A stretch of 63,870 bases of DNA, counting the filler, from Sandaracinaceae bacterium (GTDB lineage Bacteria; Myxococcota_A; Polyangia; Polyangiales; JADJQN01), in the NCBI GenBank assembly GCA_947483975.1. It is 4 parts of 4 records of this genome, joined end to end, with 100 filler letters (N's around TTAATTAATTAA, not from the genome) between each part and the next. Parts side by side here need not be neighbours in the genome. Positions count along the whole stretch, not along the records: positions 17,423 to 34,671 come from CANKOL010000072.1; 3 more parts are not named here. One strand, 5' to 3'. Position 1 is the stretch's first letter; each line of letters starts with the position of its first letter. Shown here in pieces: positions 19,049-29,734 of the stretch. A model generated the notes under the pieces. The model saw nothing but the letters and a program-made list of their open reading frames with translations. It made no database searches and was not told the origin of the DNA. The position numbers and the translations under genes are program-made.

Positions 19049-19202
19049 GTCGATGAAGGCTCCCTTCCACCCCGAGGGACGATTCCCCGCGCGGGTGCAC
19101 CCCGCGCGAGACCGTCCGCTGAAGATCGACGCCAATCTAGCCGGAAGGACGTACCCACCGCAACCCGCACGGCGAAAGAGGCGCCGGCGCGTCCTCGGCG
19201 AT

Positions 19203-19231
19203 TTGACCGTATGTATGTGTTCATGTATGTT
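19203..19231 (+). promoter_or_regulatory. Sigma70 promoter of the RHH gene with overlapping ATGTATGT direct repeats
   Basis: TTGACC(19203-08)-N17-TATGTT(19226-31); ATGTATGT at 19211 and 19223. Confidence 0.65.
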
Positions 19232-19237
19232 CACGAC

Positions 19238-19432
19238 GTGGCGCGTAAGAAGATCTCCACGACTATCTACATCACGCCCGAGCAGAACGAGCAGCTGAAG
19301 GTCCTGCACGAGCGGACGAAGGTCCCGGTCGCGGTGTACATCCGCGAAGGTATCGACCTCGTGCTCGAGCATCACTCAGCCGATCTGCCGGGCCAACTGT
19401 CGCTCGACGCGCTGCCCAGCCGTCGACGCTGA
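19238..19432 (+). CDS. Ribbon-helix-helix DNA-binding protein (64 aa)
   Basis: (M)ARKKISTTIYITPEQNEQLKVLHERTKVPVAVYIREGIDLVL, a classic beta-strand + helix-helix pattern. Confidence 0.85.
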   Translation: MARKKISTTIYITPEQNEQLKVLHERTKVPVAVYIREGIDLVLEHHSADLPGQLSLDALPSRRR

Positions 19433-19511
19433 GCCGTTCGGTCTCGGCGTCCGATGGCGGGCGGAGAGCCCCGCTGCTAGAGAGCGGTCGCTCCACGTCA
19501 GTAGAGAATAG

Positions 19512-21314
<1,803 letters not shown>

Positions 21315-21329
21315 CGCGGGGCGTCGACG

Positions 21330-21908
21330 ATGCACGTCTTGGCGGTGGTCGCGCTCGCGCTCGGGCTCTCGATGGACACGGCGGCCGTCGCGCTCTCGGT
21401 CGGGTTCGGCTCGCCGGCGCTGACGCTGCGCCGGGCGCTGATGATGGCTGGCACCTTCGGCGCGTTTCACGTCGTGATGCCGCTCGTCGGTGTGCTCGCC
21501 GGCACGGCGGCGATGCGGTGGGTGTCGGCCCTCGATCACTGGATCGCCTTCGCGCTGTTGGCGTTCGTCGGCGGCAAGATGATCTGGGAGGCGTACGAGC
21601 GGCGGCGAGACCGGCTGCGCGGCGAGCCTCCGCCGCCGGTGCCGGACGCGTTTCACTTCGGCGCGCTGCTCACGCTCGCGTTCGCGACGAGCCTCGACTC
21701 GCTCGGCGCGGGCTTCTCGCTGCCGCTGCTCGGCGTGCCGCTGCCCATCGCCGTCGCGATCATCGGCGCCGTGCCGTTCCTCGTGACGCTGACCTCGCTC
21801 TATGTCGGGCGGCGCTTCGGCGCGCGCTTCGGCGCGACGCTCGACGCGCTCGGCGGCGTCGTGCTGATCGTCATCGGGATCGGGATCGCGCTGCAACACC
21901 TCGGATGA
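21330..21908 (+). CDS. mntP: Manganese efflux pump MntP family
   Basis: ALGLSMDTAAV, DHWIAFALLAFVGGKMI, AFATSLDSLGAG; six hydrophobic segments. Confidence 0.88.
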   Translation: MHVLAVVALALGLSMDTAAVALSVGFGSPALTLRRALMMAGTFGAFHVVMPLVGVLAGTAAMRWVSALDHWIAFALLAFVGGKMIWEAYERRRDRLRGEPPPPVPDAFHFGALLTLAFATSLDSLGAGFSLPLLGVPLPIAVAIIGAVPFLVTLTSLYVGRRFGARFGATLDALGGVVLIVIGIGIALQHLG

Positions 21909-21973
21909 GCGCCTGGGCTATGCTCAGGGACGCTCGCACTCGGCCACGGACTCCTCTGCACGCTCGAGGCTTC

Positions 21974-23143
21974 ATGCGCCCCACGCTTCGACTGACCCTT
22001 CTGACTGCGCTCGCCGTGACCCTCGCTGGCGGCTGCGCGCGCACGCGCATCTCGGTGAACGAGGACGGCAGCGTGACTCCCGTCGACGGCGGCTTCGACG
22101 GCGGACGACGTGACCTCGGGCCCGCGCCGAGCGACCTCGGGCCGACGCCGATCGACCTCGGTCCGCCGCGCCCAGGCTGCAGCTCCGACACGGAGTGTTC
22201 GGACTCGATCGCCTGCAACGGTGTGGAGCTCTGCGCCCGCGGCGTGTGCATCGCGGGCGCTCCGCTGCGCTGCGACGACGGAGTCGACTGCACGGACGAC
22301 ACCTGCGTGGACCTCGGCGGCGGTCGCAGCTCGTGCGCCTCGACGCCGACGTCGGACCGCTGCCCCACGGGGCAGGTGTGCACCGTGATGGGCTGCGCGG
22401 CGCTCGCGTGTACCAGCGACATCGCGTGCGGCGACGGCTTCGCCTGCAATGGCGAGGAGCGCTGCGCTGCGGGTCGCTGCGTGCCCGGCGTGCCGCCGCT
22501 CTGCGACGACGGCGCAGTCTGCACGACAGACCGCTGTATCGAAGGAACGGGCTGCGTCTCGACGCCGCGCGACGACGACCACGACGGCGCGATCAACTCG
22601 GCGTGCGGCGGCACGGACTGCAACGACGGGGACCCCAACATTCGCCCAGGGATCGGCGAGGTCTGCGATGACCGCTTCGACAACGACTGCAGCGGCGCGG
22701 CGGACTGTGCGGACCCGACCTGCGCGGCGCGTCCTCCGTGTGCGCCGCCGCCGCCGTTCGACGGCGGGACCGTCGACTTCGGCGTCGGCACGCACGAGAT
22801 CGGCGTCGCCGCCTGCACGAACAGCGTCGACGACGACACCGACGGACGCATCGACTGCAACGACAGCGACTGCCGGGGTTTCGGGCCCGGGAGCGAGTGT
22901 TGCAACGGGATCGACGACACCCCGGGCGACAGCGATCCGAACTACGACCTCTTTGCCTGTCGCTGCTTCAGCGACGCGGACTGCCGCGGCGTCGGCAGCA
23001 TCGAGACGAGCTGCTGGACGCGCTCCTACAGCCTGTGCGGGCCGCGCTGCAATTTCGTCGGCGGCGACTCGTTCTGCCGCATGTTCTTCATGGGCACGCT
23101 CGAGCGCTGCGACGTCGCGACGGGCGAGTGCGTCGCGCCCTGA
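21974..23143 (+). CDS. Cys-rich lipoprotein with putative metal-binding (MopE-type) repeats
   Basis: Lipobox LAGGC; CSDSIACNGVELC / CGDGFACNGEERC repeats; DCNDGDPNIRPGIGEVCDDRFDNDC. Confidence 0.8.
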   Translation: MRPTLRLTLLTALAVTLAGGCARTRISVNEDGSVTPVDGGFDGGRRDLGPAPSDLGPTPIDLGPPRPGCSSDTECSDSIACNGVELCARGVCIAGAPLRCDDGVDCTDDTCVDLGGGRSSCASTPTSDRCPTGQVCTVMGCAALACTSDIACGDGFACNGEERCAAGRCVPGVPPLCDDGAVCTTDRCIEGTGCVSTPRDDDHDGAINSACGGTDCNDGDPNIRPGIGEVCDDRFDNDCSGAADCADPTCAARPPCAPPPPFDGGTVDFGVGTHEIGVAACTNSVDDDTDGRIDCNDSDCRGFGPGSECCNGIDDTPGDSDPNYDLFACRCFSDADCRGVGSIETSCWTRSYSLCGPRCNFVGGDSFCRMFFMGTLERCDVATGECVAP

Positions 23144-23163
23144 GGGGCGCGCTCGCCTGAGGG

Positions 23164-23691
23164 CTATTTCTCGCCGAGATACTCGGCGCGATAGCCGACG
23201 TAGAGGCCCGCGGCCTCCGCCAAGTGCGCCCGATCGGAGTCCGTGAGCGGGCGCGTCGGCTTCGCAGGGCGACCAAAGGCCAGAAAACCCGTCGGCAGCA
23301 CGGTGTTGATCGTGACGAGCGAGCCGGCGCCGAGGATTACGTCGTCTTCGATGCGCGCGTTGTCGAGCACGATGCTGCCCATTCCAACGAGCACTCGACT
23401 CCCCACCACACAGCCGTGCAGCGTCGCGGCGTGTCCGACGGTGCAGTCGTCCCCGACGGCCGTCGCGCTGAGGCCCGCGGTCGCGTGGACGACGCAGTTG
23501 TCTTGGATGGAAGTGCGCGCCCCGATCACGATGGGGGCGACGTCGCCGCGCAACACCGCACCGAACCACACCGACGTATGGGCGCCGATGGTGACGTCGC
23601 CGATGAGCGCGGCGTTCGGCGCGATGTAGGCCGTCGGATGCACCTTGGGCCAGACGCCGCGATAGGGGAGGCAGATGTAGGGTGCGCTCAC
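23164..23691 (-). CDS. Gamma carbonic anhydrase family protein
   Basis: IGDVTIG, SVWFGAVLRGD, IQDNCVVH, TVGHAATLHGC; GTGA overlap with the miaB stop. Confidence 0.92.
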   Translation of the reverse strand: MSAPYICLPYRGVWPKVHPTAYIAPNAALIGDVTIGAHTSVWFGAVLRGDVAPIVIGARTSIQDNCVVHATAGLSATAVGDDCTVGHAATLHGCVVGSRVLVGMGSIVLDNARIEDDVILGAGSLVTINTVLPTGFLAFGRPAKPTRPLTDSDRAHLAEAAGLYVGYRAEYLGEK

Positions 23692-25142
23692 GACTCGCTC
23701 CCTTCGCCACCGAGGACTCCGAGGTGCACGCGGGGCTTCGGGGTGCGCGGCGCGTCGGGAATCGGGACTCCGCCGTCCATTCGTCCGAGGAGCGAGTGCT
23801 TGAACGCGGCAAGGATCTCGACGGTCACGAGCGTGCCTGTCGGGTCGACGCCCGCGGGCGGTTCGACGTGCACGATCTCGTGCCGCTCGCTGCGCCCCGC
23901 AAAGCGCCCTCCCCCATCGCGCGACGGGCCCTCGACGAGCACCGTCGAGCGCGTGCCGACGAGCGACGCGAGGTGCGCGCGTTGCTGCACCTCGACGAGG
24001 GCGAAGAGGCGCGCGAGGCGGTCGTCCTTCGTGTCTTCCGGCACGTCGTCGCCGAGCGCGAGCGCGGCAGTCTGGGGGCGCGGAGAGTACTTGAAGCCAA
24101 ACGCGGCGACGAAACCGACGTCGCGGACGAGCGCGAGCGTCTCGAGGAAGTCCTCTTCGGTCTCGCCGGGAAAGCCCACGATGATATCCGTCGAGAGGGT
24201 CAGTCCCGCGCGCGCAGACTGCAGCGCTCGGGCGCGAGCGAGGTATTCTGCTGCGGTGTAGCGACGCAGCATGCGCTTGAGTACGCGGTCCGAGCCCGAC
24301 TGCACGGGCAGATGCACATGCGCGGGGAGAATCGCGAGCTCCGCGTGCGCAGCGATGAGCGCCGGCGTGATGTGACGCGGATGCGGGGACGTGTACCGCA
24401 GGCGCAACACCTCCGGAACCTCCGCTGCGATGCGGCGCAGCAGCCCGGCGAAGTGCGAGGCGGTGCGGCGCTTCTCGCGCAGCTCGAGCGGCGCCGCGGA
24501 CTCCCCCGGCGTCGGCTCGTACCAGCTGTTGACCGTCTGTCCGAGGAGCGTCACCTCGTGCACGCCGCCCTGCGCGAGGGCGCGGACCTCGCTCACGATG
24601 TCGTCGGCGGAGCGATAGCGCTCCGGTCCGCGCGTCGTCGGCACGATGCAGAAAGAGCACCGCTCGTCGCAGCCTTTCATCACGGTGACGAACGCGCTCG
24701 ACTCGCGGCGGGCGTCGCTGCGCGGATGCGCGTGCAGAAATTGTGGCGTCTCGAGGTCGAAGACCGTGCGCGCGATGGGCGGCGCGCCGTCTCGGATGGC
24801 CTCGACGAGGGCGGGCAACTCCGGGATGTTGTCGGGGCCGAGCACGAGGTCGACGTACGGGATGTCGCGCAGGAGCTGCTCGCCCTCTTGCTGCGCGACG
24901 CAGCCTGCGATGGCGATGACGAGCCCCGGGCGCTCGTCCTTCAGCGGCCGCAGCCAGCCGACCGCGCTGCGCAGCTTGTGCTCGGCCTTCTCGCGCACGC
25001 TGCAGGTGTTGAAGAGCACGAGGTCCGCGAGCGTCGACTCGTCGGTCGCCTGCCAGCCAGCCGCCTCGAGGACCTCCTCGATTCGCCGCGAGTCGTGCAC
25101 GTTCATCTGGCAGCCGAACGTCTGTACGAGATAGCGCTTCAT
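23688..25142 (-). CDS. miaB: tRNA-i6A37 methylthiotransferase MiaB
   Basis: TFGCQMNVHDS, NTCSVREKAE, GCVAQ, GCDERCSFCIVP, HLPVQSGSD, TRAM domain. Confidence 0.96.
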   Translation of the reverse strand: MKRYLVQTFGCQMNVHDSRRIEEVLEAAGWQATDESTLADLVLFNTCSVREKAEHKLRSAVGWLRPLKDERPGLVIAIAGCVAQQEGEQLLRDIPYVDLVLGPDNIPELPALVEAIRDGAPPIARTVFDLETPQFLHAHPRSDARRESSAFVTVMKGCDERCSFCIVPTTRGPERYRSADDIVSEVRALAQGGVHEVTLLGQTVNSWYEPTPGESAAPLELREKRRTASHFAGLLRRIAAEVPEVLRLRYTSPHPRHITPALIAAHAELAILPAHVHLPVQSGSDRVLKRMLRRYTAAEYLARARALQSARAGLTLSTDIIVGFPGETEEDFLETLALVRDVGFVAAFGFKYSPRPQTAALALGDDVPEDTKDDRLARLFALVEVQQRAHLASLVGTRSTVLVEGPSRDGGGRFAGRSERHEIVHVEPPAGVDPTGTLVTVEILAAFKHSLLGRMDGGVPIPDAPRTPKPRVHLGVLGGEGSES

Positions 25143-25228
25143 GATGCGCCGCGGAAGCTAGCACGCGCACCGGCGGGGTCAGGCGGGCTGTCCCGCGCCG
25201 CCGACCTGCGATAAGAACGCGTCGTCCC

Positions 25229-25795
25229 ATGGGCAACCACTCCGCAAAATCCGTGCACGTCGCGCTGCTCCGCGGCGTCAACGTGGGGGGCCATCGAAGG
25301 CTGCCGATGTCGGCGCTGCGGGCGCTCGCCGAAGACCTCGGCTGGGAGCGAGTCGGCACGTACGTGCAGAGTGGCAACCTCGTGTTCGCAGCGGGCGGCA
25401 CCTGCGTCGCCCTCGAGCACGCGCTCGAAGCCGCGATCGAGCGACACTTCGAGTTCGCGGTCTCCGTCGCCGTGCGCACGGGCGCACAGTGGCTGACGTA
25501 CGCCGCCGCGAGCCCGTATCCCGCGGCCGAGTCAGCGCGACCGACGATGCTCCAGCTCGGGCTCGCCAAGCACGCGCCGAAGGCGGGAACCGCGGAGCAA
25601 CTCGCTCGCTATTGCACGCTCGGTGAGGCCGTGTCGGTGCGCGACGAGGTCCTGTGGATCGACTACGCCGGAGGCGTCGGGCGCTCCAAGCTGACGCCCG
25701 CGGTGCTGGAGCGCGCGCTCGGCTCGCCGGTCACGCTGCGCAATTGGAAGACGGTGCAGGAGTTGGCGGCGAAGGTGCGCGCGGGCGGCGCGTGA
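25229..25795 (+). CDS. DUF1697 family protein
   Basis: VALLRGVNVGG, TYVQSGNLVF, TLRNWKTV. Confidence 0.9.
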   Translation: MGNHSAKSVHVALLRGVNVGGHRRLPMSALRALAEDLGWERVGTYVQSGNLVFAAGGTCVALEHALEAAIERHFEFAVSVAVRTGAQWLTYAAASPYPAAESARPTMLQLGLAKHAPKAGTAEQLARYCTLGEAVSVRDEVLWIDYAGGVGRSKLTPAVLERALGSPVTLRNWKTVQELAAKVRAGGA

Positions 25796-25834
25796 TGCCG
25801 CGCCTTCCCTGGGCGTGAAGCAGCGCGGCTGTCC

Positions 25835-26806
25835 TCAGGCGGGCACGGGCGCGGTGCTGCCGAGTCGGCGCGCGGGCTGCGCTGCGGCGGCTGTGTCGCG
25901 CACCGCGTCTGCGAGCGACGTGCCGAGCCCGGGGAAGCGCGCGCGAAAGCGGGCATCGCTCACCAGGAAGGGGCGGTCCCACTGATACAGGGTCTCGCGC
26001 AGCTCGCGGAGCGCAGGGACGAACGGTGCGAGGAGCGCGACGCCGAGCGGTCCGACGACGCGCGGGCGCGCGCGGACGCCGAGCGCCTCGCCGAGGAGTC
26101 CGAACAGCTCGGCCGTCGTCACCTCGAGCACCGGCGCGTGAAAGCTCTGCCCCTCGACGTCGTCACTCGCGGTCCCGAGCGCGGCGAGCGCGGCGACCAC
26201 GTCAGGCACGTACGAGAACGCGTGCGGGACGTCGGAGCGGCCGATGGTCAGCGGGCGCTTGCCGCTCGCGAGCGCGCGGACGACGTCGCCGGATACGAGC
26301 GCCTGCTCGGTGCCCGGGCCGAAGAAGTCGCCAGGGCGCAGCGAGACGTAGCGGAGTCCGTCGGCGCGCGCCGTCTCCAAGCGCTCCTGCCAGCGAACGC
26401 GGACGAGCCCCTTTCGACCCGTCGCGCGCGGCGGGGTGCTCTCGGTGCGAGGCGCGTCCGTCGGGCCGTAGCCGTAGAGATTGTCGAGGCAGACGAGCCG
26501 CGCGCCGTGCGCGAGCGCCGAGGCGATCAGCGCCTCGCCGAGCAGCGGGAACTCGCGCTCCCACGCGCGCGCCGAATACGCGGACGGATTCATGCAGTGA
26601 TAGACGACGGCGGCGCCGTCCGTCGCGGTCCTCGCGAACTCCGCGTCCCGGGCGTCCCCAGCGACGACCTCGAGGCCGTCTCCGACGGCCTTCGCGGAGC
26701 GACGCACGACGCGCACTCGGAGCCCCCGCGCCCGGAGCGTCCGCGCGAGCCCCGCACCGATCTGACCTGCACCAAAGACCACATGAAGCGCTGCGTTCGT
26801 CGTCAT
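25835..26806 (-). CDS. NAD-dependent epimerase/dehydratase family protein
   Basis: VVFGAGQIG Rossmann motif, LDNLYGYG, RPGDFFGPG, HAFSYVPDV; AGGAGG SD. Confidence 0.88.
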   Translation of the reverse strand: MTTNAALHVVFGAGQIGAGLARTLRARGLRVRVVRRSAKAVGDGLEVVAGDARDAEFARTATDGAAVVYHCMNPSAYSARAWEREFPLLGEALIASALAHGARLVCLDNLYGYGPTDAPRTESTPPRATGRKGLVRVRWQERLETARADGLRYVSLRPGDFFGPGTEQALVSGDVVRALASGKRPLTIGRSDVPHAFSYVPDVVAALAALGTASDDVEGQSFHAPVLEVTTAELFGLLGEALGVRARPRVVGPLGVALLAPFVPALRELRETLYQWDRPFLVSDARFRARFPGLGTSLADAVRDTAAAAQPARRLGSTAPVPA

Positions 26807-26844
26807 CTCGACCTCCTGAGCGACAGCCTGGCCTGCGTGGTCGC

Positions 26845-26890
26845 ATGCGGCCCATGCATCTTTCTGATTTTGAGTATGCTTCTGGCGCAT
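26845..26890. promoter_or_regulatory. LysR-type binding boxes in the divergent promoter
   Basis: ATGC-N7-GCAT at 26845-26859 and 26876-26890 (T-N11-A). Confidence 0.6.
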
Positions 26891-27872
26891 GGATTCACCG
26901 AACCTCGCGCAGCTCGACCTGAACTTGCTCGTCGCCCTCGATCGGCTGCTCGCGACGGGCAGCGTGACGGGCGCGGCGGCGGCGCTCGGCGTCACGCAGC
27001 CGGCGATGAGCCGCACTCTGCAGCGCCTCCGCGACGCGCTCGGCGACCCGATCTTCGTGCGCGATGGGCGCGCGCTCGTGCCGACGGAGCGCGCGAAGGC
27101 GCTGCAGGAGCGCGTCGGCGTCGCGCTCCGGGCAGCCGCGTCCGTCTTCGCGCGCCCGGAGCCCTTCGACCCGCGGACGGCGCGCGGGGAGCTGCGCATT
27201 GCGCTCGGCGACGAGGCGCAGATGGCGTTCACCGACGCCATCGTGACGGCCCTCTGCAAAGCGGCGCCGGGCATCGACGTGCGCGTGCATCGCCTCACGC
27301 GCGAGTCCGTGCACGACGGGCGGAGGGGCGACGTCTCCCTCGCGCTCGTGCCGGACCTCTCGCGACTTCCGGCGAGCGCGGGCGCCGTCGACACCTCGGA
27401 CTTCGTCGCGAGGCACCTCTACGAGCGGCGCTGGGTCGTCGTCACCTCGCGCGAGCGCCCCCGCCGTCGGCTCGACCTGCGCGCGTATGCCGCGGCCGAC
27501 CACCTCGTCGTCGGCCCGGACGCCGATGGGCGCGGCTTCGTCGACGACTACCTCGCCGAGCATGGCCTCCGGCGGCGCGTCGCCGCGACGGTCACCTCGT
27601 TTCACGCGGCGGCGCAGGTCGTCGCGCGCACCGGACTCGTGTGCACGCTCCCCGAGGAGGTGGCTCGCTCGGCGGGAGTCCCGCTGCGGATCGCCGAGCC
27701 GCCGCTCGCGATTCCGTCGCTCTCCGTGCAGCTGCTCTGGCACCCGCGGTTCAGCGCGGACGCGCGCCATCGCTTCCTCCGTGAGCTGGTGGGCGCGGCG
27801 GTGACGGCTGCGGTCAGCGAGGGGCGTCGAGCGAAGAGCGTCCGTGCGCGCGGGCCGACCGTCGCGTCGTGA
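26889..27872 (+). CDS. LysR-family transcriptional regulator
   Basis: LDLNLLVALD, SVTGAAAALGVTQPAMSRTLQRLR, DPIFVRDGR. Confidence 0.95.
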   Translation: MDSPNLAQLDLNLLVALDRLLATGSVTGAAAALGVTQPAMSRTLQRLRDALGDPIFVRDGRALVPTERAKALQERVGVALRAAASVFARPEPFDPRTARGELRIALGDEAQMAFTDAIVTALCKAAPGIDVRVHRLTRESVHDGRRGDVSLALVPDLSRLPASAGAVDTSDFVARHLYERRWVVVTSRERPRRRLDLRAYAAADHLVVGPDADGRGFVDDYLAEHGLRRRVAATVTSFHAAAQVVARTGLVCTLPEEVARSAGVPLRIAEPPLAIPSLSVQLLWHPRFSADARHRFLRELVGAAVTAAVSEGRRAKSVRARGPTVAS

Positions 27873-27991
27873 ACCGCGGGCTGGTCGCGGTGGGCGTATT
27901 GCCCCGGCGAGCACGGGTGCGGTCGTCGAGGCGAGGCTCGGCGCGTCCGACGGCCGGGAAGTCCGTGGGCGGCTCGGCCTCGAGCGCGAGC

Positions 27992-29734
27992 TCAGCCCCC
28001 CGCGGCGCTGCCCGCGTCGAGGGAAGTGTGTCCGACGAGCGCTCTGCGACGCGCGTCGGCAGAGTGCCAATCACTGACGACGTCCTTCGGGTGCACCGGG
28101 CCTGCGAAGGAGAGCTCGTTGGCGATGTCGAAGTCCGTGACGCCGCCCGTGCGGACGAAGCGCACGAGGCGCGCGTACGGGGCGAAGAACAGCAGAAACG
28201 GGAAGAAATTCTTCACGACGACGATGTCTGCGTCCCGCAGACGCAGGCCCGCGTTGCGATAGAACGCGGGGCTCATCGCGAGCGCGGGGCCCTCGACGAC
28301 GACGACGTAGACGTCGCCAATCCGCAGCACGGCCATGCGACCGAGGCCGTGCGAGGTGGGCATTCCGACGAGCTCCGCGGAGGCGCTGAGGGCCTCGTTG
28401 CGGCGCGGATCGAGCTTGCCGCCGAGCGTGACTTCGACGCGCTCACCCACCTTGTGCTCGCGCCAGAGGCGCGCGACGAGCTCGGGGTCGCGCAGCGGGA
28501 CGTAGGACACGAGCCCGGCGGCTTCGGAGATCAGCGCGCGCAGGAGCGCCGTGCTCTCGCCGGGGGCGCCCGCCGAGACGACGTCCGACGCGTCGGAGAA
28601 GACGGCGAGGCGCAGCGCTCGATGCGACTTGGTGCGCGCAGCGGCGATCGCCTCGGACGGCCCGGCGAAGCGGGGCGGCAGCGCGTCGCGCACTGCCCAA
28701 CATCGGTCGGCGAGCTCCTCGGCGCAGCGCTCGCCGAGGTCGCGCGCGTCATCGGTGACGACGAGCGTGGACCAGCCGAGCTCGCGGTGCGCGTTCCACG
28801 GGTGCACGGACATCACCGTCGCGCCGAGCACGCGCGGGTTGCTCTCCTCGAGCTCGTCCATGCGCCGAAAGAGCGAGCGCATCGGGGGCCAGAAGTCGAG
28901 CGTCGGCGAGCCGCCGAGCAGCATCGGCAGGCTGCGCCAAGAGATGCGCGGGCGAATCTCGCCGAGCGCCGTGCGCACGAGCAAGCGACCGATGCGCGCG
29001 CCGACGTCCGCGTGGTCGCGGTGTGGGTTGGTGCGGTAGCCCTGGACCAGCTGCACGCGGTCGAGCAGGCCCTTCGTCACGTTGCCGTGGAGATCGAGCG
29101 TGATGCCGAACGGCAGCGCGTCGCCGACGACCTCGCGGAGGCGCCGGAGGATCTCGCTCTCGGGGCCCTCTGCGTCGGGCAGCGGCAGGTCCGCGACGCC
29201 CATCGCGCCGTGCAGCGAGAGGTAGACGCCGTCGAGCGGTCCGGCGGCGCGCAGCCGCTCGGCCATGCGCGCGACGAGCTCGTCGAAGCAGGCGCGCGTG
29301 AGCGGGCCCGAGGGCACCGTCCACGCCGAGAGGAGCGGCACGAGCTCCACGACGACGTCTCGCGCGTCGGCCGCGGCGAGCGCGCCCGCGACGAAGCCCG
29401 AGAGCTCGGCGTTGCGCGCGAAGCCAGGCGCCTCGGTGCCGAGCCAGCGGCAGCGCTCGGCGAGCTCCTCGCCCTCGAAGAAGTGCGTCTGTCGAAAGTC
29501 CTCGAGCGTGGTGAGCACGGGCGAGAAGGCGTTCGTCTCTTGGCTGATGCGGCCGTAGGCGAGCCGCAGCACGCGGGCTCCGGGCGCTGGCGCGCGAGGC
29601 CGTAAGCGCCGCAGCACATCGCGCGCAGCGGCCGCAGCTTCGGCCCCGACGCGTCGGCCGGCGGAGCGCACGAGGCGCCCGAGCGTCGCCGCGTCGAGCT
29701 CTCCGGAGGCGCCCATTCCCTCGATCAGGCTCAC
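27992..29734 (-). CDS. M81 (MlrC-like) metallopeptidase
   Basis: ISQETNAFSP, DGVYLSLHGAM, TLDLHGN, YRTNPHRD, SDASDVVSAGAPGEST; GTGA overlap with the upstream lyase (alternative start ATG 29716). Confidence 0.88.
   Translation of the reverse strand: MSLIEGMGASGELDAATLGRLVRSAGRRVGAEAAAAARDVLRRLRPRAPAPGARVLRLAYGRISQETNAFSPVLTTLEDFRQTHFFEGEELAERCRWLGTEAPGFARNAELSGFVAGALAAADARDVVVELVPLLSAWTVPSGPLTRACFDELVARMAERLRAAGPLDGVYLSLHGAMGVADLPLPDAEGPESEILRRLREVVGDALPFGITLDLHGNVTKGLLDRVQLVQGYRTNPHRDHADVGARIGRLLVRTALGEIRPRISWRSLPMLLGGSPTLDFWPPMRSLFRRMDELEESNPRVLGATVMSVHPWNAHRELGWSTLVVTDDARDLGERCAEELADRCWAVRDALPPRFAGPSEAIAAARTKSHRALRLAVFSDASDVVSAGAPGESTALLRALISEAAGLVSYVPLRDPELVARLWREHKVGERVEVTLGGKLDPRRNEALSASAELVGMPTSHGLGRMAVLRIGDVYVVVVEGPALAMSPAFYRNAGLRLRDADIVVVKNFFPFLLFFAPYARLVRFVRTGGVTDFDIANELSFAGPVHPKDVVSDWHSADARRRALVGHTSLDAGSAAGG

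Noticed and set aside
19238..19432. RHH protein as a toxin-antitoxin antitoxin
   Set aside because: No toxin-like ORF adjacent; the next gene is lepA
21315..21329. yybP-ykoY Mn riboswitch expected before mntP
   Set aside because: Only 15 nt separate lepA and mntP, leaving no room for the element
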